In this document: positions 53,111 through 62,279 of the stretch, piece by piece | How positions within the stretch are numbered: the first letter of the stretch is position 1 | How the letters are laid out: every line of letters starts with the position of its first letter | From: an uncultured delta proteobacterium | GTDB taxonomy: Bacteria; Myxococcota; Myxococcia; SLRQ01 | DNA: 64,000 nt | NCBI GenBank assembly: GCA_963727485.1 | Contig: CAVSGM010000011.1 | Span: 384,001-448,000, forward strand | Direction: 5' to 3' | The notes under the pieces: generated by a model | Seen by the model: the letters and a program-made list of their open reading frames with translations, nothing else | Told to the model about the DNA's origin: nothing | Database searches by the model: none | Translations under genes and position numbers: made by a program

Positions 53111-54229
53111 CTATACCACGCCCGACACCTCCTCGGGGATGGCGAGGTCGAGGAAGGCGTCGCTGCGGGCCTCGAGCTCCCGGGTGACGTCCTCGAGGAG
53201 GGTGGAGAGCCCGGTGAGCTCGTCGGTGAGGGGGCCCGAGTCCGCGGCCTTGAGGGCCACCAGGGAGAGCTGGGTCCGCTCCAGGAGGGCGACCTGGGCG
53301 TGGAGGGCGGCGACCGCCCGGGCCCGGCCGAGGCGCAGGCGCCGGACCTGGTCCGCCTGGGCGGCCAGGGTGCGCACCGCCAGGGCGTAGCGGCTCTTCT
53401 CGGCGGCATCGTGGCTCTCGTCGGCGAGGCGTGAGAGGGCGCCGAGCTCGGCCTCCAGGCGCCCGGCGACCTCGGCGCCCAGGTCCCGGTCCACCGCGTC
53501 GCAGCGGCAGGCCAGCTCGCCGATACGGGCGGCGACCTGGTCGAGGTCGGCGCGCAGCGGCCCCTCGAAGCCCGGGCCCGCGCCCAGGGCTTCGAGGGTG
53601 GCGGCGTGGAGCCCGGCGGCCCGGCCCACCAGGTCCTTCAGGTCCTCGGCCCCGAGGTGCCGGCGGAGGCGCCGGAGGCGGCGCAGGGACGGGGGCGCCG
53701 CCGGCCCCACGTAGGCGGCCAGGGTCCCGAGGCCCGCGTAGAGGCCCACCAGGGCCCCGGTGGCCCCGTGGCGCAACAGCGGCGGGAGCAGGGGGGCGAG
53801 GGGCCGGGCCAGGGCCGCGGCGGTGAGGCCCCCGGCGACGGTGGCGGCCCCGGCGATCACCGCCACCCAGGGCCGCGGGAGGCCCCCGGCGGGGAGCGAC
53901 GGCGGCCGGGCGAGGGCCCCGGCGACCGCGCCCGGGACCGCGAAGATCACCCCGACGACCAGGGGCCAGTGGCCGAGGTCCGGGGACAGGCTCGCCGCCG
54001 CCCAGGCCACCAGGGCCACCCCCGCCGGGACCAGGAGCAGCGCCGGGAAGCCCAGGAGCGCCCCGGCGGCGAAGGCCACCGTCAGGCCCAGGGCCTGCCC
54101 GAGGATCCCCGGGTGGAGGAGCCCCAGGACCGGGCCCGCGAGGGCCCCGGCAGCGGCGAGGTGGAGGACGGTTCGCCGGAAGCGGGCTTCATCGGCGAAG
54201 GCGACGGGGAGGGGCGGTGGGGCTCTCAT
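53111..54229 (-). CDS. Hypothetical membrane protein with C-terminal coiled-coil region
   Basis: About 6 hydrophobic segments, then a helical Leu/Ala/Glu/Arg-rich region. Confidence 0.6.
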   Translation of the reverse strand: MRAPPPLPVAFADEARFRRTVLHLAAAGALAGPVLGLLHPGILGQALGLTVAFAAGALLGFPALLLVPAGVALVAWAAASLSPDLGHWPLVVGVIFAVPGAVAGALARPPSLPAGGLPRPWVAVIAGAATVAGGLTAAALARPLAPLLPPLLRHGATGALVGLYAGLGTLAAYVGPAAPPSLRRLRRLRRHLGAEDLKDLVGRAAGLHAATLEALGAGPGFEGPLRADLDQVAARIGELACRCDAVDRDLGAEVAGRLEAELGALSRLADESHDAAEKSRYALAVRTLAAQADQVRRLRLGRARAVAALHAQVALLERTQLSLVALKAADSGPLTDELTGLSTLLEDVTRELEARSDAFLDLAIPEEVSGVV

Positions 54230-54309
54230 CTCGGATCCCCGCTACGCGCGAGGTCCGAAAAGGATCCATCCGCCGGTCGGGCGCCGGCGCCGGGCCCGGG
54301 GGCCGCCCG

Positions 54310-54756
54310 CTACTTGGGCAGCGGGTGGGCGCAGTACTTGGCGGTCTGGATGTCGCCGAAGAGCTGCTTGAAGGCCTGGTCGCCCAGCGACTGGCGCAGC
54401 TCGTTGATGAAGGCGTCGTCGAGGACCAGGGTCCGGCAGACCAGGGTCTTGTCCGGGCCGCCCTGGCAGCTCGCGTTGTCGATGCACCGGCGCGAGCAGT
54501 AGGCGCCGGTGCTGTCACCGGCGGTGTCGATGCAGGTGAAGTCCTCGCAGTCGGTGCCGCCGGTGGAGATGTAGTCGCTGGTGGCGTTGGCCGGGACCTT
54601 GTACGGCTGGTTCGTCACCTTGCCGGTGTTGGCGTCCTTGGTCGGCGCGGTGAGCTGGCAGGTCGAGCCCAGATCGTTGCTGGGGCCGCAGCCGGCTCCG
54701 GCGAGGACGAGGCCGCCCACGAGGAGCGCGAAGATGGATCCAGGCGAGCGACGCAC
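54310..54756 (-). CDS. cglC: Gliding-motility lipoprotein CglC/GltK
   Basis: GTG start; lipobox AGAG-C; DLGSTCQL, DYISTGGTDCEDFTCI, YCSRRC, CRTLVLD, YCA; divergent from gltB. Confidence 0.8.
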   Translation of the reverse strand: MRRSPGSIFALLVGGLVLAGAGCGPSNDLGSTCQLTAPTKDANTGKVTNQPYKVPANATSDYISTGGTDCEDFTCIDTAGDSTGAYCSRRCIDNASCQGGPDKTLVCRTLVLDDAFINELRQSLGDQAFKQLFGDIQTAKYCAHPLPK

Positions 54757-54922
54757 GTCAGCCGGATTAGCACAGGGCGCGCACCGCGAACAAGCTGCGA
54801 CCCCGGGTAGGTAAGGCGTCGCGGTTTCGGCACACTCACGCACACCCGGGGTCGGGTCTGACCGTCGCATACATGTGCGCCTTACCCCTTTCTCCAGGCC
54901 CGGTTCCCCGGGGCTGGCGCGT

Positions 54923-54952
54923 TTGCTCGCAATTCCGACCCTGGTATAGACT
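54923..54952 (+). promoter_or_regulatory. Putative sigma70 promoter of the glt operon
   Basis: TTGCTC, 18-bp spacer, TAGACT. Confidence 0.45.
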
Positions 54953-55015
54953 CCGCCCGGTTATGACGCGGTTATCGCTGTCGTCGCGACCACCGCCTCG
55001 CTGGCTCGGGAGCCC

Positions 55016-55942
55016 TTGAATTTGCACCTCGCGTTTCGACGAATCGCGCTCGCGGTCTGCGTGACGGCCCTGGTCGTCACCGCGGGGCCCGCCCGGGCCG
55101 ACGGCGACGGCTCCTCGGGGCCGACCCAGCTGCCGGGCCTCGATCTCGGCGGCCCGGCGCCGGCCACCCCGAAGGATGGCCAGGACGGGTCGAAGCAGGG
55201 CCAGTCCGACCCCGGCGACCAGGCCGCCGGCGACCAGGGCACTGGCGACGCCCTCTCGGGCCCGGACTCGGCGACGCCCGGCAACGCCGCCGCCGCCCAG
55301 GCCGCGGCCAAGTCCGCGGGCAAGGCCCCCTCGGTCCCCGGAGACCGGGTGTTCACCGTCGGCGACCGGGTCAAGGCGGTCCAGAAGAAGCTCATCCTCA
55401 AGAAGGGCCGGTTCGAGATCGCCCCGGCGTTCTCCCTCTCGCTCAACGACGGCTTCTTCCAGAAAGTGGGCGCCGGCCTCTCGGCGAGCTACTGGCTCGC
55501 CGACGATCTCGGCCTCTTCGCCGACGTCTACTACCTCGACACCGTCTCCACCTCGAACGTGCTGCTCGCCAAGCAGGCGTTCACCAGCACCCTCCTGGAG
55601 TCGAGGCTCAAGCTCCTCGCCGCCGCCGGCTTCCAGTGGTCGCCCATCTACGGGAAGATCGCCTGGTTCAACCAGGACATCATCCAGTACGACTTCTTCC
55701 TCTCCGCCGGCTTCGGGATGGCGTCGACCTCCACCGGCAACCACGTGGCCACCACCTTCGGGCTGGGGCAGCGCTACCTGGTGAACCGCTTCCTCGGCAT
55801 CTTCTTCAAGGTCGAGGATCGTCTCTACCCGGAGACCTACGCCCTCAAGGCCGGGCCGGTGACCACCATCGCCAACGTCCTCACCCTCTCGGTGGGCGTC
55901 TCCCTCTTCTTCCCCATGGACTTCGAGTACAGCCACCCATGA
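55016..55942 (+). CDS. gltB: Gliding-machinery outer-membrane beta-barrel, GltB-like
   Basis: Signal peptide, GLDL motif, disordered extension, DRVKAVQKKLILKKGRFEIAP..ND.F, WSPIYGK, SLFFP; A/B naming follows gene order and recalled sequences. Confidence 0.75.
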   Translation: MNLHLAFRRIALAVCVTALVVTAGPARADGDGSSGPTQLPGLDLGGPAPATPKDGQDGSKQGQSDPGDQAAGDQGTGDALSGPDSATPGNAAAAQAAAKSAGKAPSVPGDRVFTVGDRVKAVQKKLILKKGRFEIAPAFSLSLNDGFFQKVGAGLSASYWLADDLGLFADVYYLDTVSTSNVLLAKQAFTSTLLESRLKLLAAAGFQWSPIYGKIAWFNQDIIQYDFFLSAGFGMASTSTGNHVATTFGLGQRYLVNRFLGIFFKVEDRLYPETYALKAGPVTTIANVLTLSVGVSLFFPMDFEYSHP

Positions 55943-56676
55943 GACGCCTGCGCGCCATGGCCTGCCTGGTGGCGGCCCTCGCCTGCGTGCCCGCCTTCGC
56001 CTCCGAGCCGAGGCACGGCAAGAAGGGCGACGAGCTCGAGGATCGCATCCCCGCTGTCTCCGGGTCGCTCTTCCTCAAGGCGGGCCGCCACGAGATCGCC
56101 CCCATCTTCGATCTCTCGCTGGCCGATGCCTTCCGCCAGAAGCTGATGGCGGGGCTCGCCTACACCTACCACTTCTCCGAGGTGTGGGCGGCCACCGGGC
56201 GCTTCTCCTACACCGTGCTCTCCCACGGCGCCGGCGCCGCCAAGGTCTGCCCCACGCCGGAGCAGTGCGCCGCCCCCACCTCCGCCGAGCTCGACACCCT
56301 CCCGGGCAACCTCAAGCTCCAGGCCGACCTCGCCGTCGAGTTCTCGCCCATCTACGGCAAGGTGAGCTTCATCGCCGAGAAGGTCCTCCACTTCGACGTC
56401 TACGCCACCGTGGGCCTGGGGCTCACCGGCTACGGGCTCACCAAGAACGGCGCCGACAAGAGCGGCATGAGCCCCACGCTGGTCGCCGGGGTGGGGCAGC
56501 GCTACTTCATCGACAGCTGGCTGGCGGTGCGCCTCGAGCTCCTCGACAGCCTCTACACCCAGCCCACCGGCAAGGTCGCCTCCCAGCTCTCCAACCAGCT
56601 GATGTTCACCGTGGGGTTCTCCTTCTTCTTCCCCACGTCCTTCACCTACAAGCCCGTGGCCGAGGAGACGAAGTGA
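55939..56676 (+). CDS. gltA: Gliding-machinery outer-membrane beta-barrel, GltA-like
   Basis: RIPAVSGSLFLKAGRHE..DAF, Cys-pair loop, SPIYGKVSFIAEKVLHFDVY, SFFFP; ATGA overlap with gltB. Confidence 0.75.
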   Translation: MRRLRAMACLVAALACVPAFASEPRHGKKGDELEDRIPAVSGSLFLKAGRHEIAPIFDLSLADAFRQKLMAGLAYTYHFSEVWAATGRFSYTVLSHGAGAAKVCPTPEQCAAPTSAELDTLPGNLKLQADLAVEFSPIYGKVSFIAEKVLHFDVYATVGLGLTGYGLTKNGADKSGMSPTLVAGVGQRYFIDSWLAVRLELLDSLYTQPTGKVASQLSNQLMFTVGFSFFFPTSFTYKPVAEETK

Positions 56677-58572
56677 TGCGCCGCCTCGTCCTGGTGCTCG
56701 GCCTCGCCCTTTCGGTGTCCCTCTGGGGCGTGCCCCGCGCCGCCCGGGCCCAGATCCAGTTCCAGGGCCTCGACCTCTCGGCGCCCAAGAAGAAAAAGAA
56801 GAAGAAGAAGCGGCACCACCGGCGCCGGCGCCACCACGAGGAGAAGAAGGCCCCGGACACCCAGGCCCAGCAGGGCTCGGACACCGGCAGCGGCTCCGGG
56901 AGCGCCAGCGGCTCCGGGAGCGACACCGGGGACACCGGCGACACCGGGATCAAGAATCGACCTCGGTGGCGTGAAGGTGCAGCAGAACCCGACCCAGATG
57001 AACGTCAAGGGCCTGGACCTCTCGGGCAAGGGCAGCACCGGCACCGGCCACGACCAGGCGGCCATGGACGCCGCGGAGAAGCTCTTCAAGGGGGGCAACT
57101 TCCAGGCGGCGGCGGTGGCCTTCTACAAGGTCTTCCAGAACCCCGCGGCGGCCGCCGACCACCAGGAGGCCGAGTACCTGGTGGCCAAGAGCCTCTACAA
57201 GATGGGCATGTACCACTCGGCCCTTCACTGGTTCAATCAGATCCTGGCCCAGGGGCAGGCCCACAAGTACTTCAAGGTCTCCCTGGAGTGGCTCTTCTTC
57301 ATCAGCCGCAAGACGGTCAACGAGTCGGTGGTCCTCGAGGACATCGCCGCCTACGCGGGCAACGACTTTCCGTCCAAGTACAAGGACGAGTTCACCTACC
57401 TGCTCGCCAAGTACTACTTCACCCGGGCCCGGGCGCTGTCCATCGCCGGTGAGAAGGACCAGGCGACCCAGTCCTACCAGAAGGCCGGCGAGCTCCTCGG
57501 CCAGGTCTCGGGGAACACCAAGTTCTACCCCAAGGCCATCTTCCTCGAGGGGCTGGTGCTCTACCAGTCGAACCGGGACAACGAGGCGCTCAAGAAGTTC
57601 AAGGAGGTGGTCCACCTCCTCAACCCCGAGCACGGCCAGTTCAAGAACCCGGACCTCCGGGACCTGGCGTTCATGCAGCTCGCCCGCCTCCACTACGGCC
57701 ACCGGCAGAACCGCTACGCCATCTTCTACTACGACGAGATCCGGCGGGACTCCGACCAGTGGCTGGAGAGCCTCTTCGAGGAGAGCTGGGCCTACTTCCG
57801 CCTCGGCGACTACGAGCGCGCCCTGGGGAACATGGTCACCCTCAACTCGCCGTTCTTCGCCGACGAGTACTTCCCCGAGTCGCTGATCCTCAAGGCGGTC
57901 ATCTACTACGAGAACTGCCGGTACCCCGAGGCGAAGATGATCGTGAACCAGTTCGAGCGCGAGTACGGGCCGGTCCTCGCCGAGCTGGACAAGCTGTCCA
58001 ACGGGAACAAGCGACCCGACCAGTACTACGACCTCCTGGCGCAGGTGCAGAAGAAGATCGCGAGCGGCCAGAAGGAGAGCGGCACCCTCACCCGCATCCT
58101 CAACGCGGCGCTCACCGACAAGGAGTTCAAGGCGGAGAACGACTCCATCCAGGAGGTCGACCGCGAGATGGACTCCATCGCCGACAAGAAAGAGGTCTTC
58201 AAGTTCTCGGGGCTGGCCAAGGACTCCCTGGTGGCCCTGAAGCAGGAGCGCCGGGACCTCATCCAGAAGGCCGGCCTCATGGCCAGCGCCAAGCTCTACC
58301 AGGAGCAGCAGTCGCTCAAGGACCTGGTGGGGCAGGGGCTGCGGATCCGCTTCGAGACCACCACCAAGGAGAAGGAGTTCCTGGAGAAGCAGCTCCAGGC
58401 CGGTGGCAAGCTCGACGTGGTGCAGAACTACGGGTACTCGGTCGCCGTCTCCGACGAGGAGCTCTACTGGCCCTACGAGGGCGAGTACTGGCGTGACGAG
58501 CTCGGCACCTATCAGTACACCCTGACCAAGGGCTGCAAGGAGCGTTCGGCGCCGACCGCCTCCAAGGAGTAA
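56676..58572 (+). CDS. gltC: Gliding-machinery periplasmic TPR protein GltC (one extra A near 56955)
   Basis: Signal peptide, FQGLDLS, AKSLYKMGMYHSAL, LEWLFFISRKT, WLESLFEESWAYF, C-terminal YWPYEGEYWRDELGTYQYTLTKGC. Confidence 0.88.
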
Positions 58573-58574
58573 TC

Positions 58575-61500
58575 ATGCGAAAGGCCGTGACCGCCCTCGT
58601 GGCCGCGGGCGTTCTCCTCGCCAGCGGCCTTGCCGGGCCCGGCGTTGCGCGTGCCGCGGGGACACATCGCCGGGGACGCCATGCCGAGCCGCAGGCCAAC
58701 CTGGGCAAGAAGAAGGAGACGGGGCTCGACCAGAGCCTCAAGGCGAACCTGAAGCGGAAGCGGACGGCCCTGCCCACCGGGCCGACGCTGCAGTTTCAGC
58801 AGTTCCAGCGCACCGTGGAGGTGCAGGTCGCCGCCAAGCGCGACGAGCAGATCGACACCCTCACCAAGATCGTCAACCTCGGGCCCTCGCCCAAGGAGGC
58901 GCCCGGTCTCATCTTCCGCCTCGCCGAGCTCTACTGGGAGCAGGCGCGCTACAACTTCCTCGAGGCGGGGGCCATCGACGACAAGGTCATCGCCGCCAAG
59001 GGACACCCCGGCGAGATCGCCCGGCTCAAGCGGCAGCAGGCCGCCTACAGCGCCGAGAGCCTGAAGTGGCGCGAGAAGGCCGTCGGCCGCTACCGACAGA
59101 TCATCCACAGCTACCCCAAGTACGCGCGCCTCGACGAGGTCCTCTTCTCCCTGGGTTCGAACCTCTGGCAGCAGAACAAGGAGACCGAGGCGCTGCGGGT
59201 CTACAAGGTGCTGCTGCGCCGGTTCCCCAACTCCGAGTACCTCCCCGACGCCTACCTCGCCTTCGGCGAGCACTTCTTCGAGGTGGGCAAGGTCCGGGTG
59301 GCGCTGGCGGCCTACAAGAAGGCGGCCACCTACACCCAGTCCCAGATCTACGGCTTCGCCATGTACAAGGAGGGGTGGTGCTACTACAACCTCGGCGAGT
59401 GGAACCAGGCGGCCGACATGTTCAAGGCCGTGGTGTTCTACGGGCAGATCGCCGGGAGCGTGAGCGGCCAGAAGAAGCTGGCCCTGGTGAAGCAGGCGCG
59501 TCGTGACTACGTCCTCGCCTACTCCCACGCCGGGTCCCCGGAGAAGGCCAAGGACGACTTCCAGACCGTGGGCGGGGACCACGCCGAGGCCATGCTCCGC
59601 GGCCTCGGCGACCTCTACTACGACCAGGGCAAGGACAAGGAGTCGATCCTCGTCTACCGCCAGCTGATCAAGGACCAGCCCCTCTCGCCCGCGTCGCCGG
59701 GCTACCAGGCCCGCATCGTCGACGCCGCCCAGCGGATCGGCAACAAGGCCTACACCGTGCGCCAGGCGCGGCTCCTGGTCCGGCTCTTCCGGGCGGTGGA
59801 GAAGAGCGGGGTCGCCAAGACCCGCCCGGAGAAGCAGAAGCTCACCGATGCCCGGGAGTTCGCCGAGCGGACCATGCGGACCCTGGCGGTGAGCTGGCAC
59901 TCCGAGGCGAAGAAGACCCGGAACGAGGCGACCTTCGGCTACGCCAAGGAGATGTACGGCGACTACGTCACCCTCTTCCCGCGCAGCAAGTTCGCCTACG
60001 AGATGCACTTCTATTTCGGCGAGCTCCTCTACCACCTCGAGGACTACGCCGCCGCCGCCCGCCAGTACGCCGCGGCCCTCGACATCGACATCGCCCGCGC
60101 CCAGGGCAAGGTCCACGACGACGACGGCAAGCGGGTGAAGCCGGGCAAGTTCATGGTCGATGCGGCCTTCGACGCCGTCCTCTCCTACGAGGAGGTGGCC
60201 AAGAAGTTCGAGGCCACCGAGAAGCGCCAGAACCTCGACCCCACCAAGCCCGAGAAGATCCCGGCGCCCAAGCAGGCCCTCCTCGACGCCTGCAACCGCT
60301 ACCTCAAGTACGTGCCCCACGGCGACAAGGTCGTGGAGGTCACCTACAAGGCGGCGAACATCTACTACCGCTACAACCACTTCGACGAGGCGGTGAAGCG
60401 CTTCGCCTACATCGCCCTCGAGCACCCCGAGCACCAGCTCGCCGAGTACTCCGCCAACCTGGTCCTCGACTCCTACAACCTCCTCAAGCGGCCCGACCAG
60501 GTGAACGCCTGGGCGCGGAAGTTCTACGCCAACAAGCGCCTGGCCAAGGGGAAGTTCGCCACCGACCTCAAGAGCGTCATCGAGGAGTCGGCCCTCACCA
60601 TGATCGAGGGCCTGGAGAAGAAGGGGCAGCAGGAGAAGGCGGCGCGGGCCTACGAGCACTTCGTCGCCGAGTTCCCCCACTCGAAGAAGGCGGACGTGGC
60701 GCTCTACAACGCCTCGGTGGCCTACGCCAAGGCGAGGGAGCTCGACCGGGCCCTGGCCATCCGCGCCCAGATCATCGCCAACTACCCGGGGAGCAAGCTG
60801 GTGCCCCAGGCGATCCTCACCACCGCCCAGGGCTACGAGTCGGTGGCGGACTTCGCCAAGGCCGCGCACTACTACGAGCTCTACGCGAACCAGTACGCGG
60901 CCCAGCACCCGGCGGCCCCGCCCCCGCGGCGGCACCGGCGGCGCCGGCGGCGCCACCACCGGCGGCATCGGGCGCCCCAGGCCCCGGCGGCGGACGCGCC
61001 CCGCTACGACGAGGCCAAGGCCCAGGAGGCCCTCTACAACGCCGCGGTGCTGCGCCAGGGCCTCGGGGACACCCACCGCGCCGTCGCCGACCGCGAGCTC
61101 TACGCCCGCCTCTGGCCCCGGGGGAAGGACACCCCGAAGCTGGTGCTCTCCATCGCCGACCTCTACGAGGACAGCCACCAGGTCGGCAAGGCGGTCCACC
61201 GAATCGACGACTACCTGGCGACCTACGCCCAGCACGACTACGACCAGCAGCTCCTCCTCCGGCTGCGCCAGGCCAAGCTCCTCGACAAGCTCCACGGCCG
61301 GCGCAACCAGCGCCTGGCCCAGGGCAAGTACGACGAGATCCAGAGCTACTGGGACCACCTCGGGCGCCACCAGCATCAGGTGAAGGGTGGGCTCTTGGCG
61401 GTGGCGACCGCCGAGCTGCGCACGGTGGGGCCGGCGGTGGCCACCTACAAGGCCACGCGGCTGGCCTACCCCTGGAAGGAGGGCGCGTCCCCGGCGCACC

Positions 61501-62279
61501 TCTTCGCCATCATCAAGACCGCCAACCATGTCACCAGCCGCCGGCAGGTGGTGGAGATCAAGCGGGCCGCCAAGCGTCTGAAGCGGGGCATCGCCGTCGC
61601 CGACAAGGCCTTCAAGGAGAGCATCAAGGCCAAGAGCGAGAAGCTCAAGGCCGCCGCCGCGGCCTACAGCCACGTGGTCAAGTACAAGCAGGGGGCCCCG
61701 GCGCTCTGCGCCCTGGAGCAGCTCGGCAACCTCTACGCCGACTTCGAGGACGCCCTGAAGAACGCGCCGAAGCCGCCGTACCTGCAGAACGACGACCAGA
61801 CGCAGATGTTCCGCGACCTCCTCGCCAAGCAGGCCAAGCCCGTGGAGGACAAGGCGGTCCAGGCCTACGCCACCGCGGTCTCCAAGAGCCGGGAGCTGAT
61901 GCTCTACACGCCCTGCGCCAAGGGGGCCCTCGTCGCCCTCCAGACCCTGCGGCCCGATGCCTGGCCGAAGCTCGAGGAGGCGATGGTGAAGCTCCCGGCG
62001 ACCCGGATCCCCCAGCGGGGCCGGTTCCTCCTCACCACCATCCAGAAGGTGCCGGCGCACTCCAAGGCCCTGCCCCGGGACGTCGCCGCGGCGCCGGCGA
62101 TCCACGCCCGGGCCAAGGCCGCCCCCGGCGACGACACCTCGCCCGACCTCGGCGACGGCGACCTCCCGCCGCCGGGGCCGACGACCACGGCCTCCAAGGG
62201 CAGCGCCCAGCCCGCGCCCCCCGGCAAGAAGCAGAAGCCGACCTTCTCCGAGCCCGATGACCAGGGGCTGGTGCCATGA
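58575..62279 (+). CDS. gltD: Gliding-machinery large TPR protein GltD (AgmU-like)
   Basis: Signal peptide; FRLAELYWE, YARLDEVLF, PDAYLAFGE, YKEGWCYYN, YSANLVLDSYN, ALYNAAV, PVEDKAV; located between gltC and gltE. Confidence 0.82.
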   Translation: MRKAVTALVAAGVLLASGLAGPGVARAAGTHRRGRHAEPQANLGKKKETGLDQSLKANLKRKRTALPTGPTLQFQQFQRTVEVQVAAKRDEQIDTLTKIVNLGPSPKEAPGLIFRLAELYWEQARYNFLEAGAIDDKVIAAKGHPGEIARLKRQQAAYSAESLKWREKAVGRYRQIIHSYPKYARLDEVLFSLGSNLWQQNKETEALRVYKVLLRRFPNSEYLPDAYLAFGEHFFEVGKVRVALAAYKKAATYTQSQIYGFAMYKEGWCYYNLGEWNQAADMFKAVVFYGQIAGSVSGQKKLALVKQARRDYVLAYSHAGSPEKAKDDFQTVGGDHAEAMLRGLGDLYYDQGKDKESILVYRQLIKDQPLSPASPGYQARIVDAAQRIGNKAYTVRQARLLVRLFRAVEKSGVAKTRPEKQKLTDAREFAERTMRTLAVSWHSEAKKTRNEATFGYAKEMYGDYVTLFPRSKFAYEMHFYFGELLYHLEDYAAAARQYAAALDIDIARAQGKVHDDDGKRVKPGKFMVDAAFDAVLSYEEVAKKFEATEKRQNLDPTKPEKIPAPKQALLDACNRYLKYVPHGDKVVEVTYKAANIYYRYNHFDEAVKRFAYIALEHPEHQLAEYSANLVLDSYNLLKRPDQVNAWARKFYANKRLAKGKFATDLKSVIEESALTMIEGLEKKGQQEKAARAYEHFVAEFPHSKKADVALYNASVAYAKARELDRALAIRAQIIANYPGSKLVPQAILTTAQGYESVADFAKAAHYYELYANQYAAQHPAAPPPRRHRRRRRRHHRRHRAPQAPAADAPRYDEAKAQEALYNAAVLRQGLGDTHRAVADRELYARLWPRGKDTPKLVLSIADLYEDSHQVGKAVHRIDDYLATYAQHDYDQQLLLRLRQAKLLDKLHGRRNQRLAQGKYDEIQSYWDHLGRHQHQVKGGLLAVATAELRTVGPAVATYKATRLAYPWKEGASPAHLFAIIKTANHVTSRRQVVEIKRAAKRLKRGIAVADKAFKESIKAKSEKLKAAAAAYSHVVKYKQGAPALCALEQLGNLYADFEDALKNAPKPPYLQNDDQTQMFRDLLAKQAKPVEDKAVQAYATAVSKSRELMLYTPCAKGALVALQTLRPDAWPKLEEAMVKLPATRIPQRGRFLLTTIQKVPAHSKALPRDVAAAPAIHARAKAAPGDDTSPDLGDGDLPPPGPTTTASKGSAQPAPPGKKQKPTFSEPDDQGLVP

